DNA of 64,000 nucleotides from Marivita sp. (GTDB lineage Bacteria > Pseudomonadota > Alphaproteobacteria > Rhodobacterales > Rhodobacteraceae): the NCBI RefSeq assembly GCF_051859345.1, contig NZ_JBHYFV010000013.1:34474-98473 (forward strand), written 5' to 3'. The notes beneath the pieces were generated by a model that was given only the letters and a program-made list of their open reading frames with translations, had not been told where the DNA came from and did not search any database. The position numbers and the translations under genes are program-made. This document shows positions 31,584 to 41,576 of this stretch, in pieces; the stretch's first letter is position 1; each line of letters begins with the position of its first letter.

Positions 31584-32288
31584 CTATTTCCAATCCATGT
31601 TCACGACGGGATGCGTCATCTGTGCCGCGCGGTCCCGCAGCGCATTGGTCCGCGCCAAAAGGTCCGGCAGACGGCTTTCGTGGGTTTCGACAAACAGATG
31701 TCCGATCCGGGATTTTACCGGATGGTCAAAAAGTACCTCCAAAAGTGGCACTTCGGCCCCTTCGATATCCATCTTGATCACAGCAATCTCGCTGTCCAGC
31801 GACTCGAGAAAGGCCGGAAAGTCGATCACCTTAACATCTATCGCGGACGACGCATCGACATTGCGCTTTTCCGCCATCAGCGATGACGACTGAGACTGCT
31901 CTTCCGGGTCCGCATCGAAAGACGCCGTGCGATAAAGCGGAAACGTCCCATCCTCTGTCCCGGCCGCAGCCTCGATCACCTCGACATTTGCCACATCGGC
32001 AAGCCGCTTGCGCAGTTCCGCCGCTGTCCACGGGTCCGGCTCGAACGCATAGACCTTGGCGGCGTGCTCTGCCATGTGGCGCGCGTGCTGTCCAAGATTG
32101 GCCCCAAGATCAATGCAGATCTGCCCTGTTGCACTGGTCAGCGCGGCCCGAAACGCCGCCTCGGCCACCGGGGTATCGACGATCTTGCGCAGCTTGCGGC
32201 GATATTTCAGCCCAAGCGCCCCCGGCAGGTGCTGCAACAGACCGTATTTGGCCCGCCGCAGTGGCGTATTTCGATTGGCTTGTGCCAT
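31584..32288 (-). CDS. FkbM family SAM-dependent methyltransferase
   Basis: IDLGANLG, AFEPDP, IKMDIEGAEV, VETH; start ATG overlaps the glyQ stop. Confidence 0.85.
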   Translation of the reverse strand: MAQANRNTPLRRAKYGLLQHLPGALGLKYRRKLRKIVDTPVAEAAFRAALTSATGQICIDLGANLGQHARHMAEHAAKVYAFEPDPWTAAELRKRLADVANVEVIEAAAGTEDGTFPLYRTASFDADPEEQSQSSSLMAEKRNVDASSAIDVKVIDFPAFLESLDSEIAVIKMDIEGAEVPLLEVLFDHPVKSRIGHLFVETHESRLPDLLARTNALRDRAAQMTHPVVNMDWK

Positions 32289-33217
32289 CAGGTGGCAAAA
32301 CCCCCGGCGTCGGTCATAACAAACGCATCCGCACACAACTTGGCCAGCGCGCGCACCCGCCCGATATAGCTTTGCCGTTCGGTCACGGAAATCACGCCGC
32401 GCGCATCCAGCAGGTTGAAGATGTGGCTGGCCTTGATGCACTGGTCATAGGCCGGGTGCGCCATGATGATGCGCTTGCCGGTCTTCGGATCATCCTCCGC
32501 CGCGTCCAGAATCCGCGCACATTCCGCCTCGGCCTCGACAAAGTGGCGCAACAGAACCTCTGTGTCCGCCACGTCGAAGTTCCAGCGCGAATATTCCTGC
32601 TCGGTCTGGCGGAAAACGTCACCATATTTCAGCGCAATCGGCGCATCGGGGTCATTATAGGGCATGTCCATCACATGATCGACGCCCAGCACATACATCG
32701 CCAACCGCTCCAACCCGTAGGTCAATTCCCCCGACACCGGATGGCAGTCATGCCCGCCAACCTGTTGAAAATAGGTGAATTGTGACACTTCCATGCCATC
32801 ACACCACACTTCCCAGCCAAGCCCCCACGCGCCCAGCGTCGGGCTTTCCCAATCGTCCTCGACAAATCGGATGTCATGCAGCGCCATGTCGATCCCGATG
32901 GCGCGCAGCGATCCCAGGTACAGGTCCTGCAAGTCGGGTGGGGAGGGTTTGATCACCACCTGGTACTGGTAATAATGCTGCAACCGGTTCGGGTTCTCGC
33001 CATAGCGCCCATCGGTCGGACGGCGCGACGGTTGCACATAGGCCGCAGCCCAAGGTTTTGACCCAAGCGACCGGAGCGTGGTGGCCGGATGAAACGTGCC
33101 TGCACCCACTTCCATGTCATAAGGCTGCATCACCGCACAGCCCTGCATAGCCCAGTAGGCCTGAAGACGCAGGATGATCTCCTGAAAACTGCGCGGCTTA
33201 GTGACGGTCTGATCCAT
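32288..33217 (-). CDS. glyQ: Glycine--tRNA ligase alpha subunit
   Basis: [52 protein letters not shown]. Confidence 0.98.
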   Translation of the reverse strand: MDQTVTKPRSFQEIILRLQAYWAMQGCAVMQPYDMEVGAGTFHPATTLRSLGSKPWAAAYVQPSRRPTDGRYGENPNRLQHYYQYQVVIKPSPPDLQDLYLGSLRAIGIDMALHDIRFVEDDWESPTLGAWGLGWEVWCDGMEVSQFTYFQQVGGHDCHPVSGELTYGLERLAMYVLGVDHVMDMPYNDPDAPIALKYGDVFRQTEQEYSRWNFDVADTEVLLRHFVEAEAECARILDAAEDDPKTGKRIIMAHPAYDQCIKASHIFNLLDARGVISVTERQSYIGRVRALAKLCADAFVMTDAGGFAT

Positions 33218-33370
33218 GGCGAACGCACCCCGATTAGTGTTGGCGCTTGATTAGGCGTATGGGGTCCAAGGGTCAATTGCACGCGAGGTTCTAATTTTCG
33301 CGTTCCAGTGGCGTCGTAATCTTGCTAGAGCATGGCGTTGAAACAGGTTTTTCGGGCAGGTGGCAGTCGA

Positions 33371-35089
33371 ATGATGCGCAAATTTTTGTTTTCCATGCTG
33401 GCGACATTGGTGTTTTGGGTTCAGTCGGCAACCGCGCAGGAATCCGTTTATGTGCAGATCGAAGCGCAGCCAAGCCTGTCTGAGGCCGAAGACCGGTTGC
33501 GCGACTATGCCGCCCGACTGCCCGATGTAAACGGCTTTGACCTGGATCGTGGCTGGTATGGCATCGCCCTTGGACCGTATTCCCGCAACGAGGCAAACCG
33601 CGTCCTGCGCAGCTTGCGCGCACAACGCCTGATTCCCAGCGACAGCTATATCGAAGGTCCAGAGCGCTATGGCCAGCGGATCTGGCCCATCGGCGCAGGT
33701 CCGGCGACAACCACGCCAAGTGTGCAAGCGCCGGAAATCGTCCAGATTCCCGAACCACAGCAGACAGACGAAACCCCGGGCGAGGCCCGCGCCTCCGAGT
33801 CTCTCCTGACCCGCTATGAGCGCGAGCAACTGCAAATCGCCCTGCGCTGGGCAGGCGTCTACAGTTCCGGGATTGATGGTGCGTTCGGGCGCGGCACCCG
33901 CACGGCAATGGCCGAATGGCAGCAATCCAACGGGTTCGAGGCCACGGGTATCCTGACCACCGCCCAGCGGGCCGACCTGTTCCGCCAATATAACGCCGTG
34001 CTTGAAGGCATGGACCTGCAAACCGTGCGCGACACCCGTGCCGGAATTGCCATCGACCTGCCGCTTGGGGCCGTGGGTCTTGACCGCTACGACAGCCCGT
34101 TTGCGCATTATGAACCCACCGGCACCGTTGACGGCGCGCGGGTGCTTCTCATCAGCCAGCCGGGCGACCGCGACCGTCTGGCCGGGCTGTACGAAATCAT
34201 GCAGACGCTCGACATCGTGCCTCTGGACGGCCCGCGCGACCGCGCTGGCGACAGCTTTACCCTGACCGGGCAGGACAGCCGCATCGTGTCGCACACCGAA
34301 GCGCGGCTGGCCGATGGCACGATCAAGGGCTTCACCCTGGTCTGGCCCGCAAGTGATGAAGAGCGCCGCACACGCATTCTTGCCGCCATGCAGAACAGCT
34401 TTGATCCGATCGCGGGTGTGCTGGACCCGGCAACGATTGCCGAAGACACCCAAAGTGTCGATCTGGTTGCGGGGCTCAGCATCCGCAAACCGAAACTGAC
34501 CGCCTCGGGCTTTTTCGTTGACCGTCAGGGCAGGGTGGTCACCACCGATGCGGCGGTCGCCAATTGCAGCCGGATCACCCTGAACAGCGATTACAGCGCC
34601 GAAGTCATGGCATCCGATCCGTCCCTTGGCATCGCTGTGCTGCGCGCCACGCAACCGCTGGCCCCCAATGCGGTGGCAGAGTTCCGGGACGGCGCCCCGC
34701 GCCTGCAATCGGAAATCGCCGTTGCGGGTTTTTCCTTCGGCGGCGTGCTGCCCTCGGCCACGATGACCTTCGGTCGCCTTTCAGACCTGCAAGGGCTCGA
34801 TGGGGAAGACACGCTCAGCCGTCTGGACATCAGCACGCTTGACGGCGATGCCGGTGGCCCGGTTCTCGATGATGGCGGTGCGGTTCTGGGCATGCTGGTG
34901 CCGCATGATGGCGGTGGGCGACAGCTTCCCGACAAGGTGAATTTCGCCACCAAAGGCACCGCGCTGCGGACTGTTCTAGAACGTGCCGGCGTTGCACCCC
35001 AGGTCACACCGGGTCTGCAACGGCTCGACCCGGTGGATCTCACGCAAAAGGCCACCGCAATGACCGTGCTGGTCAGCTGCTGGGACTGA
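33371..35089 (+). CDS. Exported peptidoglycan-binding protein with trypsin-like (probably inactive) C-terminal domain
   Basis: Signal peptide, PG-binding motif LQIAL..AGVYSSGIDGAFGRGTRTAMAEWQ, trypsin-fold SGFFV...GDAGGPV. Confidence 0.8.
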   Translation: MMRKFLFSMLATLVFWVQSATAQESVYVQIEAQPSLSEAEDRLRDYAARLPDVNGFDLDRGWYGIALGPYSRNEANRVLRSLRAQRLIPSDSYIEGPERYGQRIWPIGAGPATTTPSVQAPEIVQIPEPQQTDETPGEARASESLLTRYEREQLQIALRWAGVYSSGIDGAFGRGTRTAMAEWQQSNGFEATGILTTAQRADLFRQYNAVLEGMDLQTVRDTRAGIAIDLPLGAVGLDRYDSPFAHYEPTGTVDGARVLLISQPGDRDRLAGLYEIMQTLDIVPLDGPRDRAGDSFTLTGQDSRIVSHTEARLADGTIKGFTLVWPASDEERRTRILAAMQNSFDPIAGVLDPATIAEDTQSVDLVAGLSIRKPKLTASGFFVDRQGRVVTTDAAVANCSRITLNSDYSAEVMASDPSLGIAVLRATQPLAPNAVAEFRDGAPRLQSEIAVAGFSFGGVLPSATMTFGRLSDLQGLDGEDTLSRLDISTLDGDAGGPVLDDGGAVLGMLVPHDGGGRQLPDKVNFATKGTALRTVLERAGVAPQVTPGLQRLDPVDLTQKATAMTVLVSCWD

Positions 35090-36002
35090 CACCGCGCCGG
35101 AAAAGCCGTGTCAAAGCCCCCCACTGGCTGACCACCATACCGCCAAGGATCAGGCCCATCGCCAGCAGCAGGATCGGCCTGAACGGCTCTCCCAGAATGA
35201 CGATCCCTAGGATCACCGACCACAGCGGCACCTGGTAATTCACCAGCGACAGGAACACCGGCCCGGCGCTGCGAATGACCACGATCCGCAGGATATTCGC
35301 CCCTGCGGTCGGGATCAGCCCAAGCACCGCCACCAAGAGCAGGATATCGGGTTCCGGCATTGGCGGCGGCCCCTCGACGATCAGGGCCGTCGGCAGCACC
35401 AGCAGCGACCCGAACACCAGTGCCAGCGCGCCCAGCCCGAAAGGATCAATCGGCGGCAACCGTCGCACCAGCACCGAACTGCCGGCATAACAGGCCGCCG
35501 CGCCAAGACAGGCCAGCCGCCCGAACGGCTCCAGCGGATCGCCGCTCGACACAAAGGCCTGTCCACCCAGCAACACCGTGACCCCAAAGAACCCGATCAG
35601 CAATCCAACCAGCCGGCGCAGGGTGATCTGCTCTCCGGGCACAAACAGATGCGCCATCGGCAGAAGGATCAACGTGACCGACGCCATCGACACACCGGCA
35701 AACCCCGACGTGACCGTCTGCTGCCCCCAACTCAGCAACATGAACGGAATCGCCGAAGTCAGCACGCCGGACAGGATCAGCGCGCCCCAGGCCGTCTGCT
35801 CGGTCAGGAACACCCGCCCACCCCGCAATTGCCAGACAACACAGGTCAGCAGACAGGCAAACCCGATCCGCCCCGCCGCCAGCCAGAACGGCGTGATGCC
35901 CTCCAGCGCCAGCTCGATGAACAGGAACGTGGCCCCCCAGACAAGTCCAAGCGCCGCCACCATACCCCAGCTGGCGGGTGTGATTTCAGGAGAAGTTTGC
36001 AT
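35073..36002 (-). CDS. DMT/EamA family transporter
   Basis: LVWGATF, PFMLLSWGQQ, LVNYQVPLWSV, LGE; about 10 TM. Confidence 0.85.
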   Translation of the reverse strand: MQTSPEITPASWGMVAALGLVWGATFLFIELALEGITPFWLAAGRIGFACLLTCVVWQLRGGRVFLTEQTAWGALILSGVLTSAIPFMLLSWGQQTVTSGFAGVSMASVTLILLPMAHLFVPGEQITLRRLVGLLIGFFGVTVLLGGQAFVSSGDPLEPFGRLACLGAAACYAGSSVLVRRLPPIDPFGLGALALVFGSLLVLPTALIVEGPPPMPEPDILLLVAVLGLIPTAGANILRIVVIRSAGPVFLSLVNYQVPLWSVILGIVILGEPFRPILLLAMGLILGGMVVSQWGALTRLFRRGVSPSS

Positions 36003-36143
36003 GAAAATGAGGCATCCTTGGGCGTGAGACAGCAAAATCTGCCTCGAAATATTGCAACCGAGGCCGGTTCACGGTGCTCTCTAGGAACATGCTGGACCGC
36101 CAGCAACCTCTAAACCGTTAACAAGATATGCAAGGAGTCCCAA

Positions 36144-36227
36144 ATGGACGTGTTCTTCATCCTGCCCATCATTATCCTGATCGCGCTGCTGGCGTGGTGC
36201 GTGCTGCAACTCAAGGACGATATGTAA
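36144..36227 (+). CDS. Putative 27-aa single-pass membrane microprotein
   Basis: AAGGAG SD before ATG; MDVFFILPIIILIALLAWCVLQLKDDM*; below ORF-track cutoff. Confidence 0.5.
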   Translation: MDVFFILPIIILIALLAWCVLQLKDDM

Positions 36228-36321
36228 GCCAGACGCGCGGGCTTCGCTCAACACTTTTGACTAGGCGAATTCATCGGTCTGTCGTACCTTTGTTTCGGTT
36301 CGTGTTTGAAAGCGTTTCGAT

Positions 36322-37944
36322 ATGCCTTTACCTATCGTGCCTGCAATCGGGTTGTTCGCGGACACCCTTCAGATCATCTCGTTCTTTTCGTCATCTGACG
36401 CGGATGCAGATGCAGAGCGTCTTCAGGCCCTCAGGGACATCCAGGACAGCATCGACGTGCTGCAAGGATTATCGAATGCGCAGATCAACCAGAGCATCGC
36501 GCAATCGCTGGGCCAGTCGCAATCCGCGATGGACAATCTTGAGCGTTACGCTGTCGAAGAAAACCCTGTCGCGCGGGCTGCATTGGGGGAAATCGCAATT
36601 CAGCAAGCCACGCTGGGACTGAACGAGATCACCTCGCAGGTGCGGGCAGTCATGTCCACGGCCTCGCTCGACTCACTGGCCTATGCGTTCAGCGCCGTCC
36701 ATTACGCCATGATTGCCCGCATGACGGTCGCCGATGTGGTTCAGGATGGCCCGCTCGGGTCGCCCGGCCTGCACCGCGAGATCAAGGAAGCTGCGGCGCT
36801 GCTGTGGGATGAAACCGGGGGCGTGGACCTGTTGACGCAGATGGAAGGGCGGATGGCCGCAGCGATCACACCGATCGTTCAACCCTTTGTCCAGAACGGC
36901 CAAGCTGGGACCCGTATCGGGTATGAAAGCACCCTGACGGATTACCTGACCACCACCTTTGTGCCTTTTGGGGGAAACATATCCGCCGCTCAGGCCCGCG
37001 AGGCCGAAGAAGTGCGTGCCCATGATCGCGGCATACTGCTCGACGGGCTGACACAAATCGGCATCGCGTCCAACGACTTTCTTGCCCTGTCGGCGGTCAA
37101 TGTCTCGGGGCTCTACGAACAAATCCTGACGGATGATGACGATGCGCCCTTCGCCACAAGCCGCGCGGATTACATCCTTCTGCGCGATGGCGATGATACG
37201 GTCGATGGGCTGGGCGGCCCGGATGCGCTGAACGGGGGCGCGGGCAACGACATCCTGCGCGGCGGGCTGCACACCGACAACCTGACCGGCGGTCCCGGCA
37301 GCGACATGCTGTTCGCCACCACCACCTTTGGCGAACGGGGCGAGGGTGATATTGCCCGATTTTCTGGCGACGCGGGCGACCACACGATCCTCGGCGGCAA
37401 GGACTATGCCATCGTCATCGACCCGGAAGGTGCGCGCGACAAGCTGTTCGGCTTCGACTTCCTGCGCTTTGACAACGGGGTGATCGAACTGCCTGACGGC
37501 TCGGCGCTTGACGGGGCCGGTGATCCGGCGGATTTCGGGGTCGCGGAACGGGTTGCCCTGCTCTACGAGGCGGCCCTCAACCGTGATGGTGCCATCGACC
37601 TGCCAGGTCTGAACTTCTACATCGGCGTGACCGAGGCCAACACTCTGAGCGATGAATTCCTGGCCAATGACCTGATGCGCAGCCCTGAATTCACCCGGAA
37701 TTTCGGCGATGTGGCCGCCATGTCCAACACCGAATTCCTGACCGTGGTCTATACCAACATCCTTGACCGTGCTCCGGATGGACCTGGCCTTGCCTTCTAC
37801 CGCGATCTGCTGGACGAGGGCCGCATCTCCAAGGCGCTGGCATTGGCCGACATCGCCATCAGCCCGGAAAACACCCTAGGCTCCGTCGATATCCTGATGT
37901 CACTCTACGAAAACTCGGCTGGTGACTGGAGTTTCGTGTCCTGA
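36322..37944 (+). CDS. RTX-type Ca-binding protein with C-terminal DUF4214-like domain and helical N-terminal domain
   Basis: GGxGxD nonapeptides (GLGGPDAL, GGAGNDIL, GGPGSDML); LLYEAALNR..D..GL.FY and FLTVVYTNILDRAPD..GLAFY repeats. Confidence 0.75.
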   Translation: MPLPIVPAIGLFADTLQIISFFSSSDADADAERLQALRDIQDSIDVLQGLSNAQINQSIAQSLGQSQSAMDNLERYAVEENPVARAALGEIAIQQATLGLNEITSQVRAVMSTASLDSLAYAFSAVHYAMIARMTVADVVQDGPLGSPGLHREIKEAAALLWDETGGVDLLTQMEGRMAAAITPIVQPFVQNGQAGTRIGYESTLTDYLTTTFVPFGGNISAAQAREAEEVRAHDRGILLDGLTQIGIASNDFLALSAVNVSGLYEQILTDDDDAPFATSRADYILLRDGDDTVDGLGGPDALNGGAGNDILRGGLHTDNLTGGPGSDMLFATTTFGERGEGDIARFSGDAGDHTILGGKDYAIVIDPEGARDKLFGFDFLRFDNGVIELPDGSALDGAGDPADFGVAERVALLYEAALNRDGAIDLPGLNFYIGVTEANTLSDEFLANDLMRSPEFTRNFGDVAAMSNTEFLTVVYTNILDRAPDGPGLAFYRDLLDEGRISKALALADIAISPENTLGSVDILMSLYENSAGDWSFVS

Positions 37945-37992
37945 ACCCGCACACGCCTGTGCTTCTTTGGGCTTCAAATACCTCAGGGGGGT

Positions 37993-38045
37993 GTGGGGGG
38001 ACAGCGTCCCCCCACGTTGATCGGACGGGCATGGCCCGTCCGATC
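37993..38045. repeat. Tandem REP-like GC-rich palindromes between convergent genes
   Basis: GTGGGGGGAC-AGC-GTCCCCCCAC (37993-38015) and GATCGGACGGGC-ATG-GCCCGTCCGATC (38019-38045), both perfect stems. Confidence 0.7.
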
Positions 38046-38051
38046 CCGTAA

Positions 38052-39137
<1,086 letters not shown>

Positions 39138-39218
39138 TCAGACCGAGTTCTGCAAGACTTTAGCATCTCTCATTCGCCAATCGACCGTATCGCGATTTAT
39201 TCATGCGCGCATCGGGTG

Positions 39219-40364
39219 TCAGGCAACCCGCAGATCGACGGTTTCCAGATGTTTGCGCGCATCGCTTCGCAACAAATGCCGCGCTTCCTGCATGGTCAGC
39301 GCCATATGGCTCAGAACCTGCGTCTCGGCGTCGATACCGGGGGTCTGCATCCGCAATTCCGCCGTCGCCTCGGCGTCGAGGATGTCCTGTGTCATCACGC
39401 CCGCGGTAAACAGGGTTTCGGTTGCAATGCCTTCCGAAAAGACCATCTGATGGGCGTCCAGCATGATATGCAGGTAATCGGCCCGCCGCATCGGCACGGT
39501 CCGAATGCGCACCCCATCGACCAGCGCCTTAGCCGGAACCAGCACCTCGGGTTGCCCGAACCAAAGCTCTGCCGTGCTCGACCGCAGCAGGACACGGTGG
39601 TTGGGTGACAGAAACAGATCGCGATCATTGCCAAAACTGCCCGCCCGGATACAGACCGGGGCCAGCCGCCCAAGCCCACAGACACTGCTGCGCCCGATCC
39701 AGCGGACCGTCTGCGCACCCTGATCCAGCGTCAGAACCTGCTGTCCTGGCGTCAGGGACTCGACCGGACACGGCCCGTCCGGCGTTTCGATCCGCGTCCC
39801 CGCGAGAAAACACACCACCTCGTCTGGGATCGTGACCGACTGTCCGCTCCCGCCATAGCTCGAAACTCCTTGAATGTAGTGCAAGGTGGTTCCCGGCGGC
39901 GGCGATGGCCCGTCAAAGGTCACACCGACAACGCTCGTCGAATAGCCTTCGGTGATCGACACGCCCACCATGCGATAGGCGGTTCCGGCATCGTCGAACA
40001 ACGTCACTTCGTATTCGTTTTCCACGTTCACCGGTGGCGGGTCTTGCCACCGCACCGTTTCGGGGCTGGGGGTATAGGTCACGCCGTCGATCGTCACTTC
40101 TTCGGTCAGGCGCTGATCCACGACGTTGGACCCCGAGAACGGATCGTCGCTCAGAATGCCGTCCGCATCGTCAAAAGTGATCGCCGTGGAGGAACCGGAA
40201 AACGTGATGCTCAAATCGCTTGGATTTTCCCAGCCGAACGCATTGCCATTCAGCGCATTGCCGATGACATCACCCTGCGTCGGGGGACCGCCGCCAATGT
40301 CGCGCGTGATGGTCACGGCGCTCTTGGCAAAGATATGGATCGTACGTTCGGGCAATGCCGCCAC
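39219..40364 (-). CDS. Hint_2 (bacterial intein-like) domain protein
   Basis: VVCFLAGTRIETPDG...VRWIG...LSPNHRVL...EVLVPAKAL...HQMVFSEG..TET; unrelated N-terminal half. Confidence 0.85.
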   Translation of the reverse strand: MAALPERTIHIFAKSAVTITRDIGGGPPTQGDVIGNALNGNAFGWENPSDLSITFSGSSTAITFDDADGILSDDPFSGSNVVDQRLTEEVTIDGVTYTPSPETVRWQDPPPVNVENEYEVTLFDDAGTAYRMVGVSITEGYSTSVVGVTFDGPSPPPGTTLHYIQGVSSYGGSGQSVTIPDEVVCFLAGTRIETPDGPCPVESLTPGQQVLTLDQGAQTVRWIGRSSVCGLGRLAPVCIRAGSFGNDRDLFLSPNHRVLLRSSTAELWFGQPEVLVPAKALVDGVRIRTVPMRRADYLHIMLDAHQMVFSEGIATETLFTAGVMTQDILDAEATAELRMQTPGIDAETQVLSHMALTMQEARHLLRSDARKHLETVDLRVA

Positions 40365-40552
40365 CTGTCTGTCGTCAGGTCAACTCGATCAAGGATATTC
40401 GCCTTGAATTGTAATGAAATACCGGCCCCGGTTCAAAGCAATTCCCGACATTCCGGCACTGCTGCGCCGACAACCGCCACCGGGGGGGCAGGGATCAAAG
40501 GGATTTGACCAAATCCGCTTGATCTGCGAGAAACCCATTCGTATTTTCCCGT

Positions 40553-41023
40553 ATGGATGCAGATTTCATGCTCGATGATGTCGACAAGCGCGTGTTGCGC
40601 AGGTTTCAGATGGATCCGACCCTCACCATTGCTGACCTTGCCACGCAGGCCGGTGTGTCAACCGCAACCTGCGCGCGCCGGTTGCAACGGCTTCGCGACA
40701 CAGGTGTGATCCGCGCCGTCCGGGCTGTGGTGAACTGGCCCGCCCTGGGCTATTCTGTCGAAGTGTCGCATCGCGTCACCCTAGACAAGACCCAACCCCG
40801 CGCCTTCGATGAATTTCTCGCCGCCGCCCGCACCGTGCCCGAGGTGATCGAGGTGCAGACCTTCCTTGGGCAGGTGGACGCGCGCCTGTCCGTCATCGCC
40901 CGCGACATGCCGCATTACCAGCAGGTCTACCGTAACAAGCTTCTGACCCTGCCACATATCGCCGACATCGAGGCGCTGATGCACATCGCCCGCGTCAAAT
41001 TCGACGAGACACTCCCCCTGTGA
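40553..41023 (+). CDS. Lrp/AsnC family transcriptional regulator
   Basis: LDDVDKRVL, HTH, RLQRLRDTGVI, VPEVIE; start may be 40568. Confidence 0.9.
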   Translation: MDADFMLDDVDKRVLRRFQMDPTLTIADLATQAGVSTATCARRLQRLRDTGVIRAVRAVVNWPALGYSVEVSHRVTLDKTQPRAFDEFLAAARTVPEVIEVQTFLGQVDARLSVIARDMPHYQQVYRNKLLTLPHIADIEALMHIARVKFDETLPL

Positions 41024-41030
41024 GGTTCCT

Positions 41031-41489
41031 GTGATCGACCTTGACGACACCGATCGCGCGATGATCCGCGCCGTGGCACAAGACGCCCTGATCAGCGCGG
41101 GCACGCTGGGCCGACAGTTGGGCCTCAGCCAACCCGCCGCATGGCGCAGGCTCAAACGCCTGCGCGATGCAGGTGTCTTCCGGGGCCAGCGGCTTGACCT
41201 TGACGCGCAGGCGCTGGGCTTTGGCGTGACCGTGTTTCTGGGTGTGAAACTCGCCACGAAAGGCCGCGTCAGCCTCGAAGATTTCGAACGCGCCGTGACC
41301 GCCATTCCCGAAGTGCAGACGGTCGAACATGTGCTGGGTGCCTATGATTACCGCCTGCGCGTCGTCGCCCGCGACATCGCCGATTTCGAACGCGTCCTGC
41401 GCCGTCGCATCATGACCCTGCCGGGGGTCGGCAATATCGACGCCAATGTGCTTCTGTCCGAAGAACGGCTGGCCGGTCCCCTGCTTTAA
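41031..41489 (+). CDS. Lrp/AsnC family transcriptional regulator (tandem second copy)
   Basis: LDDTDRAMI, SQPAAWRRLKRL, IPEVQ, GAYDYRLRV. Confidence 0.9.
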   Translation: MIDLDDTDRAMIRAVAQDALISAGTLGRQLGLSQPAAWRRLKRLRDAGVFRGQRLDLDAQALGFGVTVFLGVKLATKGRVSLEDFERAVTAIPEVQTVEHVLGAYDYRLRVVARDIADFERVLRRRIMTLPGVGNIDANVLLSEERLAGPLL

Positions 41490-41576
41490 ATCGGACAAAC
41501 TGTCCATTCCGCGTCGCGGCGTTTGCGCAGACCCACCGTTCCGGGGTAGCCATGTCGCACCTTTAGGAGATGCATC

